This document shows positions 48,388 through 62,989 of a stretch of 64,000 nt of DNA, piece after piece. The translations under genes were made by a program, and so were the position numbers. The stretch's first letter is position 1; every line of letters begins with the position of its first letter. The stretch comes from Patellaria atrata CBS 101060 (taxonomy: Eukaryota), in assembly GCA_010093705.1 (NCBI GenBank), contig MU006089.1, positions 291,570 to 355,569 on the forward strand. Direction: 5' to 3'. The notes beneath the pieces are model-generated. The model was given only the letters and a program-made list of their open reading frames with translations. It did no database searches and had not been told where the DNA came from.

Positions 48388-50214
48388 ATGCCTCCCCTAA
48401 ATTCCACTCTCACCGCGTTGCTAGCTTTCGCCGGTCAACTCGCATTCGCAATCCCAACGGCCCATCGCATACCCAAACTCGGCGCCGTAGCTTCCGAGAC
48501 CTCGGAATGCAGTCGAGTAGGCATCGACCTGCTCAAAGCCGGAGGAAATGCGGCAGATGCTATGGTCGGGACGGTCTTTTGTGTTGGAGTTATCGGCATG
48601 TACCATAGTGGGGTGGGCGGCGGAGGGTTCATGCTCGTTAGAGGCAGCAATGGCAGTTATGAGTATATTGACTTCAGGGAGGCGGCACCAGCAGCAGCTT
48701 TTGAGGATATGTATACGAATGCTACGGAGAAGAGTCTGCTTGGGGGTTTGGCTAGGTGAGTGTCTTGTCACTTGCACGGTTACATTAACTATAACCTCAT
48801 AGTTAGTAGGTATATAAGCTGACAAGTTGCATAGTGGTGTACCCGGAGAATTGAGGGGACTCGAGTATTTACATAAGACCTACGGGGTCTTACCGTGGGC
48901 TAAAGTCATGGCGCCAGCTATCAAGTACGCCCGTTGCGGGTTCAAAGTCTCAGCGGATCTTGTGAGGAATATGAAATCTGTTTCGGCGGACTCTAACTTC
49001 CTGACCGAGGATCCAACATGGGCAATTGACTTTGCGCCAAATGGGCGTTTACTGCAGTTGAATGAAACCATCACCAGGAAGCGATATGCGGATACGTTGG
49101 AGTCTATTGCCCAGCAAGGTGCAGATGCTTTCTATACCGGCGCAATTGCAAATGCTACAATTCAAGCTCTGAGGAAGCAGAATGGGACCATGACGCTCGA
49201 GGACCTGAAGAACTACACTGTAGCTATTAGGAAGCCGGCAGAGATTGACTATAGAGGCTACAAGGTTCGGAGCGTTAGTGCTCCTGCTTCCGGTGCCGTG
49301 GCTCTAAGCATACTCAAGACGCTAGAAGGGTATGAAGGAGTGGGAGATCCAGCCCAGTTCAATCTAACAACCCACCGACTCGACGAAGCCATGAGATTCG
49401 CTTACGGCGCAGTAAGTTTCCCATAACCTCATAATATAAACATAACTCCGACTCATAAACCATTTAGCGTGCCAACCTCGGCGATCCCTCATTCCTCCCA
49501 AACCTCACTACCTACCAGACCGCAATGCTCTCATCCTTGCATGCCGCCGAAGTCCGGTCCTTGATCTCCGACGATTACTCCCACCCCAACGTATCCTACT
49601 ACTCCCCCGAAGGACTCGAATCGCTCGACACGCCCGGCACCAGTCACATATCCGTCGCCGATTCCACCGGGATGGCCGTCTCCCTCACCACGACCGTAAA
49701 CCTGCTTTTCGGCTCCAAACTGATGGTCCCGGAGACCGGCGTCATCATGAACAACGAGATGAACGACTTCAGCATCCCCGGCAGCAGCAACGCCTTCGGC
49801 TACGTCCCGAGCCCAGCCAACTACGTCCGCCCCGGCAAGCGGCCTCTCTCCTCCATCTCTGCGAGTATCGTCGAGACCCCGGACGGGGAATTCTACTTCG
49901 CGATCGGCGCCGCCGGCGGGAGCCGCATCATCACCGCCACCACGCAGAACATCGTCAACGTCTTGGATCGCGGCTTCGACACGCACGATGCGCTCGCGCA
50001 ACCGAGACTGCACGATCAGCTGACGCCCAACTTGGCCAGTCTGGAGTACAGCTTTGACAACGGCACCGCGGAGTTTTTGCGAGAGAGGGGCCATAACGTC
50101 ACGTACGTGGCCGAGGGTATGAGTGCCGCGCAGGGGGTTAGGAGGCTGGGGAATGGGACTTTCGAGGCGGCGGGGGAGCCGAGGCAGGGGAATAGTGGGG
50201 GCTTTGCTGTGTAG
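48388..50214 (+). CDS. Gamma-glutamyltranspeptidase with N-terminal signal/anchor; 3 exons
   Basis: GGNAADA, SGVGGGGFMLVR, IDFRE, GVPGELRGL, nucleophile G-TSHISV, NNEMNDFS, PGKRPLSS and GAAGGSRII. Confidence 0.95.
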
Positions 50215-50979
50215 GAGAGGAAAGGCGGGATGGGGGTTGATCATGGTTATGATGATAATGATATGGAAGGAGTGATGTGTAATCTTAGCGACTTAGCGAC
50301 TTGAAGTGCTTATGGATGATGATATGAAGTGGTCATGAAACAACTTGAGGTTGGTATCAAGGCCGGGGAACTGGGGATGGCGGGAATTGTACATATACGA
50401 AATATAACCCCATTACATGATCACCTATTTTCGTCCAAAGCACAACTTAATATTTGCCGAAGAATCAGACAGGACACTTATGGAAGTATGCGCGCGATTG
50501 AAAGCAGACGAACGACAGATGTCTTCGTACCGCGCAGCTTTGAAGCAAGGGAGACATATAATGAATGAAGAAGTAGGTTAGAAGGAATAGCTCTTGTAGC
50601 GAAGAAGCGTCTCGCCCAGAAAGAAAGGAAGGAAGATTTGAGAAGAACAGACTTTTATATACTCTCGAAGGACGTCAACGTAGTTTTGAACTTTTGCTAC
50701 CATACTTCTATCTTCTTACAGAAAAATACAAAATAAACAAACACGAACAAATGCAACCCAGGCCAAGTCCACCGTCTATCCAAGCTCCGAACCTGAAGAC
50801 CCTCTTTCACCTCCCGTATCACAGAACCTCCCCATTATGCTTAAATTACCTATACACGCGCCGCCAAACGCCATATCCCAATGCAGCTCTTGCAAAGATC
50901 CGCCCTCGCAACCACGAAATGCAATCCATACCCCCTTTCCGTTTCCTTCTTCCCCCTGGTAGTTGTGACAACATATCCT

Positions 50980-53870
50980 TTACAATCCCACCCCCCTAAC
51001 AACCAACCACAACACAACAGGCACGACAACATTATCATTCCCACCCGTCAGCACCGCCTCGCAAAAGCTCGCCGCAACCGCAGATGCTCCCGCCTTCCCC
51101 ACCACCACCGGCCATCCCTGTTGTCCTAGTCCAGCATTATCCCACCTACCAAGCTTGAGCCATAATTTCGCCGCCACTAGTCCAACCGTGACGGCAATTG
51201 CAAACGCAGCGGAGCCCTCTAGACTCTTCCCACCGGTCCACGGCCACTTCCTGCGTCCATATCGCCGTCCGATAAGGCTCGCGGCCGCATCGCCCATACC
51301 GACACACACGACGCCAGCGATCATGCCGATATCCCTCTCTTTGACCTCCCATCCCTGCCACGGATCGTCGCCTTCGAGTGTGGAAGCAGCAAGGGAGAGC
51401 CAGAGCGGAATCGCGCATCCGATTAGTAGAAACATGTGGCTGATAACCACCGGACCCCTTAGATCTCGGCCATCAACGTACGGCGTCAGAAATGCAGCTA
51501 AAGGTTTCGATAGCGGGGGTAATTGTGACGCGCGGAGCAGATCCAGCAGCAAAAACGCAACGAGGGCGAGAGCGAGCGCCAAGGACGCGAAAGCTGGGTC
51601 GACGAAGGTCGTCGGCAAGAACATGGCAACCATCATGCCGTGAAAGACCTTGCGACGGGTGTCTACTTCGAAGTTTTTTGGTATGCGAAGGACGGTTGTG
51701 AGGCCTGCGATGAGGATGATGAGATGGTAGGCGATGAGGACGAGGCGAATATTAGCGGCGCCGAGGAGAGAGCGGAGAGACGGAATGGTGAGAATGCGGA
51801 GAGACTGAAGAGAGAAAATGAAGGGGAAGTTCTGTAGAGGTGGAAGAGGGATCCAGTCATCCAGGTTCATGTCAACGATTCGGAAGCGGACGGGCCGGAG
51901 GTTACCGAAGAGGTAGCCGATGGCCCAGCCGAAGGGATCGGCGCCGAAGACAGCGTATTTCGAGATGATGAGGCGTAAAGGGCCGAGAACTATTGCGATC
52001 ATAACTAGATAAATGTATATAGCGTATATCCATTTCTTCTTGTTCGCTTGTTCAGGTGTTAAGGAGAGGAAGTACTGCTGCGCTCCGGACTTGGAAGTGT
52101 TTCGACGTCTCAATCGTCTTTGTGGGGATAGACTCTTCTTTAGAACGGCGGGAAGCGTGTTCCGCCTCCTTATGGAGCTTGGGCTCGGGGCGTTGTTGGG
52201 TAAGATAAATGGTTCTTGGATTTGCTCGGTGGCTGAGTTAGTCTCCCTCTCAAAAGCCCCCTTCAAGGCGCTCTTGATATCGCTAACTTGTATCTGGAGA
52301 CTACTATTCTGTTTGTGGGTATGGTAAGGACTACTCTCATCCGCGGAGCTCTCAGGTAATGAATGCTGAGCAGATGAAGGAGGCGACCAGCCAGTAGCCA
52401 CACTAAAGTCCCTCTTCAAACTCGATGTGAGTAATCTTATAAAAGACTCCCTGTTCTTTACTATATTCCCAGCTCTTTTCAGTTTCCACTTCGGAACTCG
52501 CGCCAATGCCACGCCATATCGTAGCACCGACCCACCAAAAGCGAATAGACAAAGCGCCCCAACCCAAATTAGTGTACTAAGTATTATCATTTGCGGAGAT
52601 TCGGCGAATAATAGAAGATTGACAAGGGAGATGGATAGCAGCTGAAGTTCTGCTGGAAGTAAACTTGTGGCGGTTAAATATCTTAATGGGGGTAAAAGCG
52701 CTTGGTGAAGTGCATATAATGAAACGATTATTTCTGGATCTAAACCCCCAGGTGGTAATTTTAACATATATGGTTTTGGTGCGAGAATTTTGGAAGGTAT
52801 TTCAGTATTTTGGGACATAATCAAGGGGAGAACGGATATGAGCCAATGAACACAGTCATACCCATACCCTGCGCTCCTATAAGGGATCAACTGTGATGGT
52901 ATTGTTGAAAGGCTGAGAACCAGGTTCGGGAGTAGAATTCTCTCATTCTTGGGAGTAATAGATAAGGCTACGAGGATTGGGAGAATTGTAGGATATATCA
53001 AGGGGGCTGGGTCGAATATCGAAGGAAGTGTCACTCGCTGCCGAGGATCTACGTATGACGAAGGACTTCGGGCTCGAGCATAAAGATACAGACGGGGTGG
53101 ATATAATGCCACGAGCGAGGTCAGAGTCAAAGCATGGCTTAGAAGTTCTGCTAGAGGTCCTATTAGCAGCCTGTAAGATATGACTTCGATATGGCATTAC
53201 CTCTGTGCCAATTGAACGCAGATTGAGGGACAGTATCCCGACTGAAGACTATACACCCAATTGTAGCAAGAAGGCCTAATTCAGACACTCGCCTGAGGAC
53301 CTCTGTACGTCGTCTTTTGATGAATCTCGCCCGAGCTGCTTTCGTGTCCTCTTCATGCGATGAATTCTTAAGTCGCAATTTAAAGTAGTCTTGTGATGGC
53401 CGCCTAGCATCCTCCAGATATGATGGTGTTAGAAGAGGACTTGTTCCACCATCTTGGCGGATATCTCGCCCGTCTCGTAAGCCTTTGCGAGCCTTAATAG
53501 GTGGTGCAGGAAGAGCTCTGACGTATCCATATTCGTCATCCGCCTCAGTACCACTCTCGCTTGGGGAATTCGAACTTCTCTTCCTTATCCTTTCTAAATC
53601 TACTTTAGAGGAGTTGATGCCCGAGTCTGAACGCGTTGGCGAATCTATGGAGAGCGAAGAACTGGATGACGTTGTGGGCCGGGAGTAAGTAGGAGATGCT
53701 CGAGGACGAGGACCAGGACCATTTTGCCCACTCACACCATGACGGAGGTATGGATGAGGTGACCGTGAAAGAAACCTTACTGAATCATACTCGGACCTCT
53801 CGTCTTGTGCTGAGCTGGATTGTCGAGCATCGGGAGAGTCGGGATCCAGAAGATCAGTGGTGCCGCTCAT
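50980..53870 (-). CDS. SEC59: Dolichol kinase; 2 exons
   Basis: VDTRRKVFHG, DGRDLRGPVVISHMFLLIGCAIPLWL, GMGDAAASLIGRRYG, KSLEGS and NDNVVVP; intron at about 53200-53151. Confidence 0.92.
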
Positions 53871-54632
53871 TGCTTTCGTGAGAAAGGAAGAGGGAATGGG
53901 TAAGATGAAGTCATGGCGGTGCCGGTGATTAATTCATTACGCTTCTCGAATGCAGGTTTACGCGTTCCTGGGAGAATGAGGGAACACTTTGGTCGGTGGG
54001 TGAGAACTACGAAAAGTAGGGGTTGAGGCATCCCTAGGTGTTCTTTCACATGCTGCATAGGTTCGGGACAAGGTAATTACAGAAATGTTGGGAATCAGCC
54101 CTGCCATCCACATACTGTGAATACTTTTCAAATTTTCCTTATTTGTTTTTGTACTGAATATCTTCGAGATGTTATTCGCTCCAAAATTCTTATGATACGC
54201 ATGTTGATGAGGTAAACATGTCACGGAAAATAATTCAGAGGCTCATTACCAGTAATTATCTATGACCTCCACTATCGTTGGCCCATACCACACTAGGCGG
54301 TCAACAAGGGCTGAAAGTTACTTCAATATATCAAGAAAAGCACGAGGAGCGGTAATCTGTTGTCCTAAAGGTTAGTCACACGGAAGCTTTGGGCGATAAT
54401 TCTGTATTCAATTCTGGAATTTGAAAAGCCAATTCATAATACACTACACTGCTGCTGGATCGAGAGCACCATCCCACTCTATCGCACATAGGAAAGACCA
54501 GACGCTTCGACTGTTTTCAATGATGCTATACAAATGATTCTGGAAACGTGGTCTTCAAATCGCTTCCAGTTTTCGGACTAGGGGTAGATCGTAGGGAGTA
54601 GCTATTTACAAGCACTTTAAGGTGTTGGCTTT

Positions 54633-55940
54633 CTACGCTTTCTCCCCAACCTTGCTTTCGACTCTCTTCGGTGCCTGGGACGGATATGGAGGGTTATAAA
54701 TAAGCTTCCGGGTCTTGATCGTTGACCATTTGTATCTTCAAGGTATTAATGTCAGTGTCTTGCAGTTTTTCGGATCTGAAATACGTACTTCTTGACCCAG
54801 ATGCTCACTCCGAACAGCAACCCTCCAAGAGCCAGAACTTTCCAGCCCATCTTTTTCCTCTCATCCGATTCCGGCTCAGCTGCCCAATGCAGAAATTCCA
54901 CGACATCCTTGGCCATCTGTGAGGTTGTGGCGGGAGTCTCATCCTCGTATTCGACGAGACCATCATAGAGTACACGAGCCATGGCAATACCAGTGCCGGG
55001 GAAATATGGGTTGAAGTTCAAGCCCTCTTGTACAGTTGCTCCTGCTGGAGGTTCCTCAGGGTAACCAGTCAACAAGCTGAAAATGTAGTCACAACCTCCG
55101 TGCCTAGCTTTCACCATCAAGCTGAGATCGGGAGGGAGAGCTCCGTTATTTGCGGCGCGAGCGGCTTCATCGTTTTTGTAGGGGCTTGGTATGTAATCTG
55201 AAAGCTTTCCAGGTCTCTTCTCGATCTCTCCCTCGTCATTGGGGTCGGTATCGTACTCGTTCTGTTCTGCCAATGCTTTCGCTTCATCCACCGTCATGAT
55301 TGTGCCGACTAAAGTTCGGTAGGGAATTCTTTGAAGTGAGTGGCAGGCTGCGCAGACTTCTTGGTAAACTTGGAAGCCTCGACGAAGACTGATAATGTCA
55401 ATTTATGGTTGAAGGCAAATAGACGATCGTGCTTACGCTTGATGATCGAATGTCTTCGACCATTTTGTGTGCACCCAAGGATATTTTGTAGCGTGTAAAC
55501 TACAAGCAGGTGTATTGTTAGTATCCGTATGCTTGAGCTTCTCCACCCCAAATAACGTTTGTCCGGGATTGACAGCGCATCCAGGAGGCGTCTAAATAAT
55601 CTTACCCTTCCTCAGTTGGTGTCATAGCATGCATAGGTTGCCCATATAGATGATAGTACCACGCAATTGTGCCAATGGCGAAGACTGTTGCGGCGGAGCC
55701 AGCAGCGGTGCTCTTCCATGTCGCTGCGTCTTCCGCGCTGGAAGTTGAGGTTGATGTGGCGCGCTGAACATCGGATCAGTTAGCAATGTTTCTTTTGAGA
55801 TCAATTCGAGATAAGACTTGATATGGCTGGATGCATAAATCTAGTAGAGGGGGTATCCGTACAGTCGTAGTTCTACTCGTTGCATTTCGTGCGGTAGCTC
55901 CGACCGAGCGAACCGATCGAAGGCTCGACCTCGCCAACAT
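54633..55940 (-). CDS. CYT1: Cytochrome c1, mitochondrial (complex III), multi-exon
   Basis: Presequence MLARSSLRS, LRRGFQVYQEVCAACHS heme motif, ANNGALPPDLS, FNPYFPGTGIAM and a C-terminal TM helix; stop at 54633. Confidence 0.96.
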
Positions 55941-56663
55941 GGTGATTCGAAGCTGAATCAGGAGCCGACGAGATAAGAGAAGGGATGACGACTCAATTGG
56001 CGGTTTGTAGGAAGTTGAAGAGTTCCGGTGTTGAGGAAGCGTAGTCCTGCTCCCGGTTAACCTGATCGTCTTTCTTTTGCACTAATAATCATCCAACCCC
56101 TGATTGGTTGAATGTTTTGTAGGACGGATACATTAGCTATTGTTAGCTACAATTATTGTATTGAATATTATATACTATTGATAAAATAAGTTGGATATCA
56201 CTTCTAAAATTAATCCAAAGCAATCCAATTTCTCAGTTATATCGATTTGTAATAAGATACTAGCTTTCACGACTTACAAGCTCCGTAAATGGAATGGGGA
56301 TTGCGTATCACAAGCTCTAGCACAGAACAACACCATAACGATTCAAAGATGAGATAATTGTTGATCTCTTTCAAACGGAAATCTATTAAAATAGATTATT
56401 ATATGCTCGGATCATTGCTTAACAGCACTTGATAACGTCAATTTACCGGACGCACAAGCTGGATATAGACCTAGCTATTGGCAGCCGGTTCGCACATCGA
56501 TACGCGGTAATAACAGCCCGCACTCAATCGATTCTCGTTCAGAAGTAACCGGCGGCTTATTTAGAGTAATATGTCTCCTTAGTGGAGATAATCCCGCCGC
56601 TATCGCTTATGTAATAGGCACTAGCGTATATCTAAAAGACTGTGAATAAGGTTTACCACCTAC

Positions 56664-57797
56664 CTATCGGTCTATTGTTTGGGTATCTTTGTTCACTAAT
56701 TCTCTTGTAGCATGCACTTCGGCTGGATCAAAGCCTTCCCATCCTGCCTCTCCTGCAGTGCTTCGTCTCACAATTTCAGCCAGCTTCCGCGTCGCTGCCT
56801 CATTGAGCTTTTCGACGGTCTTCACTGATGGAGGTGCGAGGTCACCATTTTGAGGGTCTGATAGAGCAGATTTTGAAACTGTCTGTAGTTCTGAAAGAAG
56901 ACGTTTCGTGGACTGTATAAGTGGATTAGAAATATGAACGGAAGTGATGAGTGGGAGAGACCAACAACTTTAAGGCCATAATAACCTCTTAGATAGTCAT
57001 CACAAAGCTCTATGCTGCGGCAGAAACGGCGCATAGATTCAACGAGCCCTTTCAAGGAATTACTATCACTCGGCGAGGATATGTAGAGGATTTCCCCTAA
57101 ACGAGCGTGGACCTTGACAATGATTAGTCGATACTATTGAATGAGAATTGAAAGTCTCTACATACACTCCACGCATTGGGGGTTATTAAGAGCACTTCTT
57201 CCAGGCAGTATATGGCTTGAGAGTACAAGCTTTGGGCGAAATACAGTTCAGAAAGCTCAGCCCAAGCTTCCACATCCGTAGGTGATACATCTAATAAATC
57301 CACCAGCGTTGTGATCGCATTCGTCGGCCTTGACATTGACTTTAGGAGAGCTGCGCGCCGTTTGCGAACCAACTGGGAGGTATTAGAATGTTATCTATCC
57401 AAACATGCATAGTCCAATATACCATTAGTGTCGAATCCTCTTCTAATATCTTATCATATCTTTCCAGCGATTTCTCTAATGCCTTATTGTCTTCAGCGAA
57501 TGCTTCCTGATACATCCCCCTGAGAACTAGAATCTTCTCATTCGTCTCTCCAAAGCGCTCCGTCAGCCGGTCAAGACAAACACGAGCAGACTTGTCATCG
57601 CCGGTCCGTAAGCAGGATAATAACAAGTTCTCTATGGTAGTCCATATTTCGGGGGTCTCCGAGGATGTGAGAAGGGATAGCGGGTATGGTAGAGAACTTG
57701 ACACAGAGATTTTGAGGACCTGGGGTGCTTGCTGTGACAATCGCAAGGAATCGGCAGGCGAGATCTGCGGCGGAGGATAGAGCAATTCGGCCGACAT
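56664..57797 (-). CDS. EMC2: TPR protein, ER membrane protein complex subunit 2, multi-exon
   Basis: ENLLLSCLRTGDDKSA..CLDRLTERFG, SPTDVEAWAELSELY, AIYCLEEVLLITPNAW and FCRSIELCDDYLRGYYGL. Confidence 0.88.
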
Positions 57798-58181
57798 GGT
57801 GAGGAAACAGTATGGTAGATTTATAGAACGAATTCAGAGTGAACTTTCACTAATCTCTGGCGCCTTATTAAACTGAGCTTCAAGAACTGTGCTGTATGTA
57901 GTCTGGCCGGCGAAATGTCGGCATAGTTCTAGAGTTCCGCATGTCATCAACTCTCCACCAGCTCGTATACTTCCCGTGTTTCTCCCAATACTCTGAACAC
58001 GAAGCGAAGATATACCGTACAGAGAATTCTACTATGGAAACTAGGGTTTGACTCCAAACCGGTCATGCCCTCCGCTCCATAAAAATGGCTCTCTGCTTCA
58101 AACTGCAGCACCGACCTGCCCTACTACTCCCCGTCTTAGCATATCAGAGGTGAATGTGGCGCCGGGTCGCTTATAACGAGA

Positions 58182-61100
58182 ATGTATGAGTATCTATAAT
58201 CAAGCCGGCATCCATTGCTGATAACATTTAGGTTCGAAAAATCATTATACGACCTCATCCGGGGGATGAGGAATCACAGGGGGAAGGAGCGTGAATATAT
58301 CCAAGAGAGTATTCGAGAATGTCGTAAGGAGATCAAGAGCCAGGATATGGGTCAGTGGTTCATACTAAGATTGGATGTGTGGACACATGCTGAAGGACGG
58401 CAGATCTCAAGGCTACGGCGCTTCTAAAGCTGACCTATCTGGAAATGTTCGGCCACGATATGTCATGGGCCTCATTCAATGTCCTGGAAGTTATGTCCTC
58501 GCAGAAGTACCCTCAAAAGAAAGTTGGATACCTCGCCGCCATACAAAGCTTCCGTCCAGATACTGAGGTTCTGATGTTGGCGGAAAACCTACTGAAGAAA
58601 GTGGGTGCTTGTTATATAGTTCAGATGAAGGTTCTTGCTGATAATGATAAAGGACTTGACGTCTCCAACCCCTATCATAATAGCTCTTCCTCTAACTGCG
58701 ATCCCACACGTAATCAACTCTTCGATGGCTAATTCTCTCCTATCGGATCTACTCCCTAGGCTTACACACTCGCAACCTGCTATCCGCAAGAAGACCATTG
58801 TGACTTTATATAGACTAGCATTGGTGTATCCGGAGACTCTCCGCCCTGCGTGGCCTAAAATCAAGGAACGTCTCTTGGACGATGACGAAGACTCAAGTGT
58901 CACAGCAGCAATAGTCAATGTTGTCTGTGAGCTCAGTTGGCGTCGCCCGCAAGACTTCCTTCCGCTTGCTCCAAGATTATTTGACCTGCTCGTCCAACGA
59001 GAAAACAACTGGATGGCTATAAAAATCATAAAGCTCGTGAGTGTCCAGCTTCATGGTCACGGAATGAGTCCTAATATTGCAGTTTGCTACTTTAACCCCT
59101 TTAGAGCCTCGTCTCATTAAGAAACTTCTTCCACCGCTAACGACAATCATTAAAACGACTCCAGCAATGTCATTGCTATACGAATGTATCAACGGCATAA
59201 TACAAGGTGGTATCCTTGAGGGAGCTGGAGGGACCACTGAAGGTGAAGAGATCGCTCGCCTTTGCGTTGGGAAGCTCCGAAGTATGCTCGTGGTTGAGGG
59301 CGATCCCAACCGTAAGTTCAATCGCCTCGATTTCAAGCAGTGGACTATTAACTAACAATCAATAGTGAAATATGTCGCACTTCTTGCGTTCGACAAGATA
59401 GTAAAATCACACTCGCATCTTGTTGCATTGCATCAGGACGTCATACTGGATTGTATTGATGATGCAGATATTTCCATACGAATGCGGGCTCTTGATCTAG
59501 TGGTTGGTATGGTCAACAGCGATAACCTAACCACAATTGTCGGGAAACTGATGCGACAGCTTCGACATGCCCCCATAGCTTCTGCTGTTGATAATCCGGC
59601 AAATGACCGCTCCACGGCTAACGGGGTAGAGCCTTTAGCCGATTCGGAGGACGAGGATCCCGAAGAACCACTCGGTCCCGCGGAGACGAAATATGATCAA
59701 ACTCCACCGTTACCCGAAGATTATAGGATCGGCGTTATTCGAAGAATACTGGAGATGTGCTCATGGGAGACATATGTAAACATTACCGACTTCGAATGGT
59801 ATATCGACGTTCTTGTTCAGCTTGTGAGGGTATGTCCGGCCCTGAAAGCTACAGGTAAGGTTGGAGAAGATCACATCTACTCAGGTGGCCCATTATCAAG
59901 CCAGAGTGACATATCACATGAGATAGGTGATGAACTCCGCAATGTCGCTGTAAGAGTTAAGAGTGTGCGTGCGGAGGCTATAAACGCGGCCCAGAACCTG
60001 ATCCTTCTCGATCGTCGGGAGCAGATGTTTCCAGCCGCTGGTAATGGCGGCCAAGGTGTTCTTGAATATTCTGCTTGGCTCGTTGGGGAGTTTTCATCCT
60101 ACCTCAACAATCCGCATGGTGTTCTGACGTCCCTAGTTCATCCATCAACAGCGCAGTTACCATCAAACGTGCTCACAATCTATGTTCAAGCAGTGCCCAA
60201 GGTTTTTGTGTCACTTACCGGCGGTCAACAATACTCGTGGACTCGAGAACGGAAAACCTCGGTTTCTCTTCTATTAGCTAGGATAGTGCATTTTTTAGAA
60301 CCGTTAGCAGTCCACCCGAGCCTAGAGGTTCAGGAGCGAGCAGTAGAGTTTCTAGACCTGATGAAACTGGTCTCCGAGGCAGTATCTGGACAGGAACCGG
60401 CTACTACTGAGGATGACTATGCTGATCCACCTCTATTACTAACACAAGCGATACCTTCTCTTTTTACAGGGCAAGAACTGAACCCTGTGGCAATAGGCGC
60501 TCAGCGGAAGGTCCCTCTACCCGACGATCTAGACTTCGATGCTCCCATCAACGAAAACTTGCATTCCCTTCTGCAGCAAGCCGAGCATGATATTCCGGCA
60601 GGTGCAGATGAAGATGATATGTACTACTTTTATAACCAACCACCATCAGCATATGTCCAGCCACAAACTGCTGCAGATCGATTGGGTAGTGCTCCAATCG
60701 AAGTGACATCTTATCAGCAGGCCGACGAAGGATATCTAGATCCAGACATTCTAGCAAAACGGAAAGCCGAAAAAAGAGAGAGAAACAGGGATGATCCATT
60801 TTATATCGGTACTGATCACAGATCAGGCACTTCAACTCCAATACATAATATAATTAAGAATACCAATGAGGAACTGGATGTAGATTCTATACCGATCATG
60901 AATCTTGATCTAGAGGGGAGTGATCGGGCCTTAGAAACAAGAGCGAGAACAGATACAGCTAAGCGGAAACCACGCAGACACTTTGAGATTATGACAGACG
61001 AGAATATCGGGTCAGATGATCCAATATCTTCGAGAGATTCGTCGCGATCCGATCTCGTAAGGCCATCCCAAGCAAAGGGAAAGAGGTCGGTTCTGGTAGT

Positions 61101-61494
61101 TGACTCAAGTGGTCTGGGATCACTATCTCTAGAAGATGATAGAAATTCCGGAAAGCTCGACGTAGAACTGCGGGAAGCGGAAGCAAAAGCGCTAAAAGAA
61201 GTGGAGCGTCTAAGACTGGAGATGCAGCGTGCTTCCGAAAGAATATTAGCTAAAGATGTCCCAGAGGAGGGGATTTTGGTCAAGCGGAAAAAGAAGAAGA
61301 AACCTAGGGAGGTGGAGGTTTCAGAGTCGGTAGAGCCAGGGGAAGTACCAGTAGTAAAGAAGAAGAAAAAGAAGCCTAAGGAGAGTGAAGGAAGTACCGC
61401 TGCTGACGGGGAAACTGAAGTCAAACCAAAGAAGAAAAATAAGAAGGTGAGAGAAGTTGGCTTAGAGGAGGGGGAAGCAGTTGGAGGCTCTTGA
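58182..61494 (+). CDS. APL5: AP-3 adaptor complex subunit delta, multi-exon
   Basis: MFEKSLYDLIRGMR, FNVLEVMSS, NNWMAIKIIKLF, DPNLKYVALLA, DISIRMRALDLV and LEVQERA. The start codon is split AT|G by the first intron. Confidence 0.95.
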
Positions 61495-61828
61495 TATCCC
61501 AATCTGGCTCGTATGGGCGGATTTTGGATCTTTTGATCTGTGTATAGCGGCATATACCATCAATGTATGAAGTACGAATCGTCAACATTCGCACTGAGCA
61601 AGAAATTGAATCCCATTTGTTATTCGTAGATCTCCTTCAGATCCGCTCCCTCGCATGTGATTCTAAAGGCAACCCTTTTTACCATGCTATGCCCAAACGC
61701 CCAACACGCGGTGAAAGAGTACAGCGCTAAAGGTCTTGTATACAATGCAATGTGTTCTCATCTTCCTCGTCCTTGTCAACTGCCCCCTTTTATGACTCGA
61801 CCCTTTCGTCTAGTATTGTCCTAATGAC

Positions 61829-62173
61829 TTAAAAGAACAGCCGTATCAGCTCGAAGATGAGGCCTCCACACAGAACGAACGCAAGTACCACTAGAACATT
61901 CGTTAGTCTCTATACAATGGCTGATACTTGTAGGACAGGAGCTCGTTCGTTTTACATACCTATCCATCCCTTCGAGATCGGGCTTTTCTGTACAGCTGTA
62001 CTCTTCTTCACCGCTGTGACGGGCTTGCCTCGCTTTGCGCTCTCGGATTTGGCGAATCGCTCGTTCGCGGCGCGCTGTTGAGGAGTTTGAGCCTGTGGGA
62101 GAGAGTTATTAGTTGTGAATCTCAGTTTGGGATCGGGACTGGGGCACTGATGATCTCTAGGGGGGCGAACCAT
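61829..62173 (-). CDS. Stress-associated ER protein SERP1/RAMP4 (Ysy6-like), small tail-anchored; 3 exons
   Basis: M|AQTPQQRAANERFAK...KSPISKGWI|VVLAFVLCGGLIFELIRLFF*. Confidence 0.88.
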
Positions 62174-62496
62174 TGTTGTATGATTGAAGATTGTTTCGTG
62201 GGGTAAGATGTAAGAGATTGAAGGTCTAGATATGTCGATATCCCAAGAGCTTTTGAAAAATCTGGTAATTCTAGGTCGGTACGCAGTAAATCACGTTGCG
62301 ATTAATTTATATCGAGTGTTCGAGTTGCGGGAGACGTGGAGGTTTACGATCTTCGTGACAGCTTTCCCCGGTTGCCGAGGAAGCTTGAACTTTTAACGAC
62401 AGACGATCTGGGAGACCACGTTGTCTATTTCACCTCAAGTGCACTAAGACTACTTGAGAATCTCCTATAGAGGTTTTTTGAGCTTCTCCTTTGAAG

Positions 62497-62960
62497 ATGA
62501 CTCCTATCCGCCCCGCTGTTCGACTCATCGCATCGCGTCCGTCGTTGCGGCCCCGAAGCTTTTACAGATGGAAGGGGAGCTATCAGCCTCCGACCCCAAT
62601 CCCCCAACAAGGCATTAAGAGTGGAAATACTGCTGGAAATGGAGAGGGAGGGAATCTTCATGTATGTCATAGTTTTAATTAAGGGTATTGTTGTATTTAT
62701 AATTGACTGACTATCTATAGCGCAACTTTTACAAGACCTTCGGTCGACCCCTGATGAAGGTCGTCGCGCTCGCATTTCTGACCTCACAAACAGTATGGTT
62801 AGGGTGGCTTTGGCTTGAGGGCATGGAGACGCGGAGGGAGAAGACTGGTGCGTATCTTGTGCTTCATGTCCATTGGAATGGGGTTGATCGTCAGGTAGGG
62901 GAGATCGAGACGCTTCAGGAGAAGCTGAAAGAGTTGACTGAGAAGAAGACGGAGTCCTGA
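62497..62960 (+). CDS. Small single-TM mitochondrial protein, Ina17-like; 3 exons
   Basis: Arg-rich presequence, FYKTFGRPLMKVVALAFLTSQTVWLGWLWLE and a C-terminal coiled coil. Introns start GTATGT (62662) and GTGCGT (62848). The family assignment is from memory of the motif. Confidence 0.6.
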
Positions 62961-62989
62961 AGGTTCTATAAGGATTTTCATATACAAGA

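Noticed and set aside
52050..52450. Large hydrophilic insertion in dolichol kinase, possible intein or retained intron
   Set aside because: No intein terminal motifs or clear splice signals; it reads as a disordered cytosolic loop.
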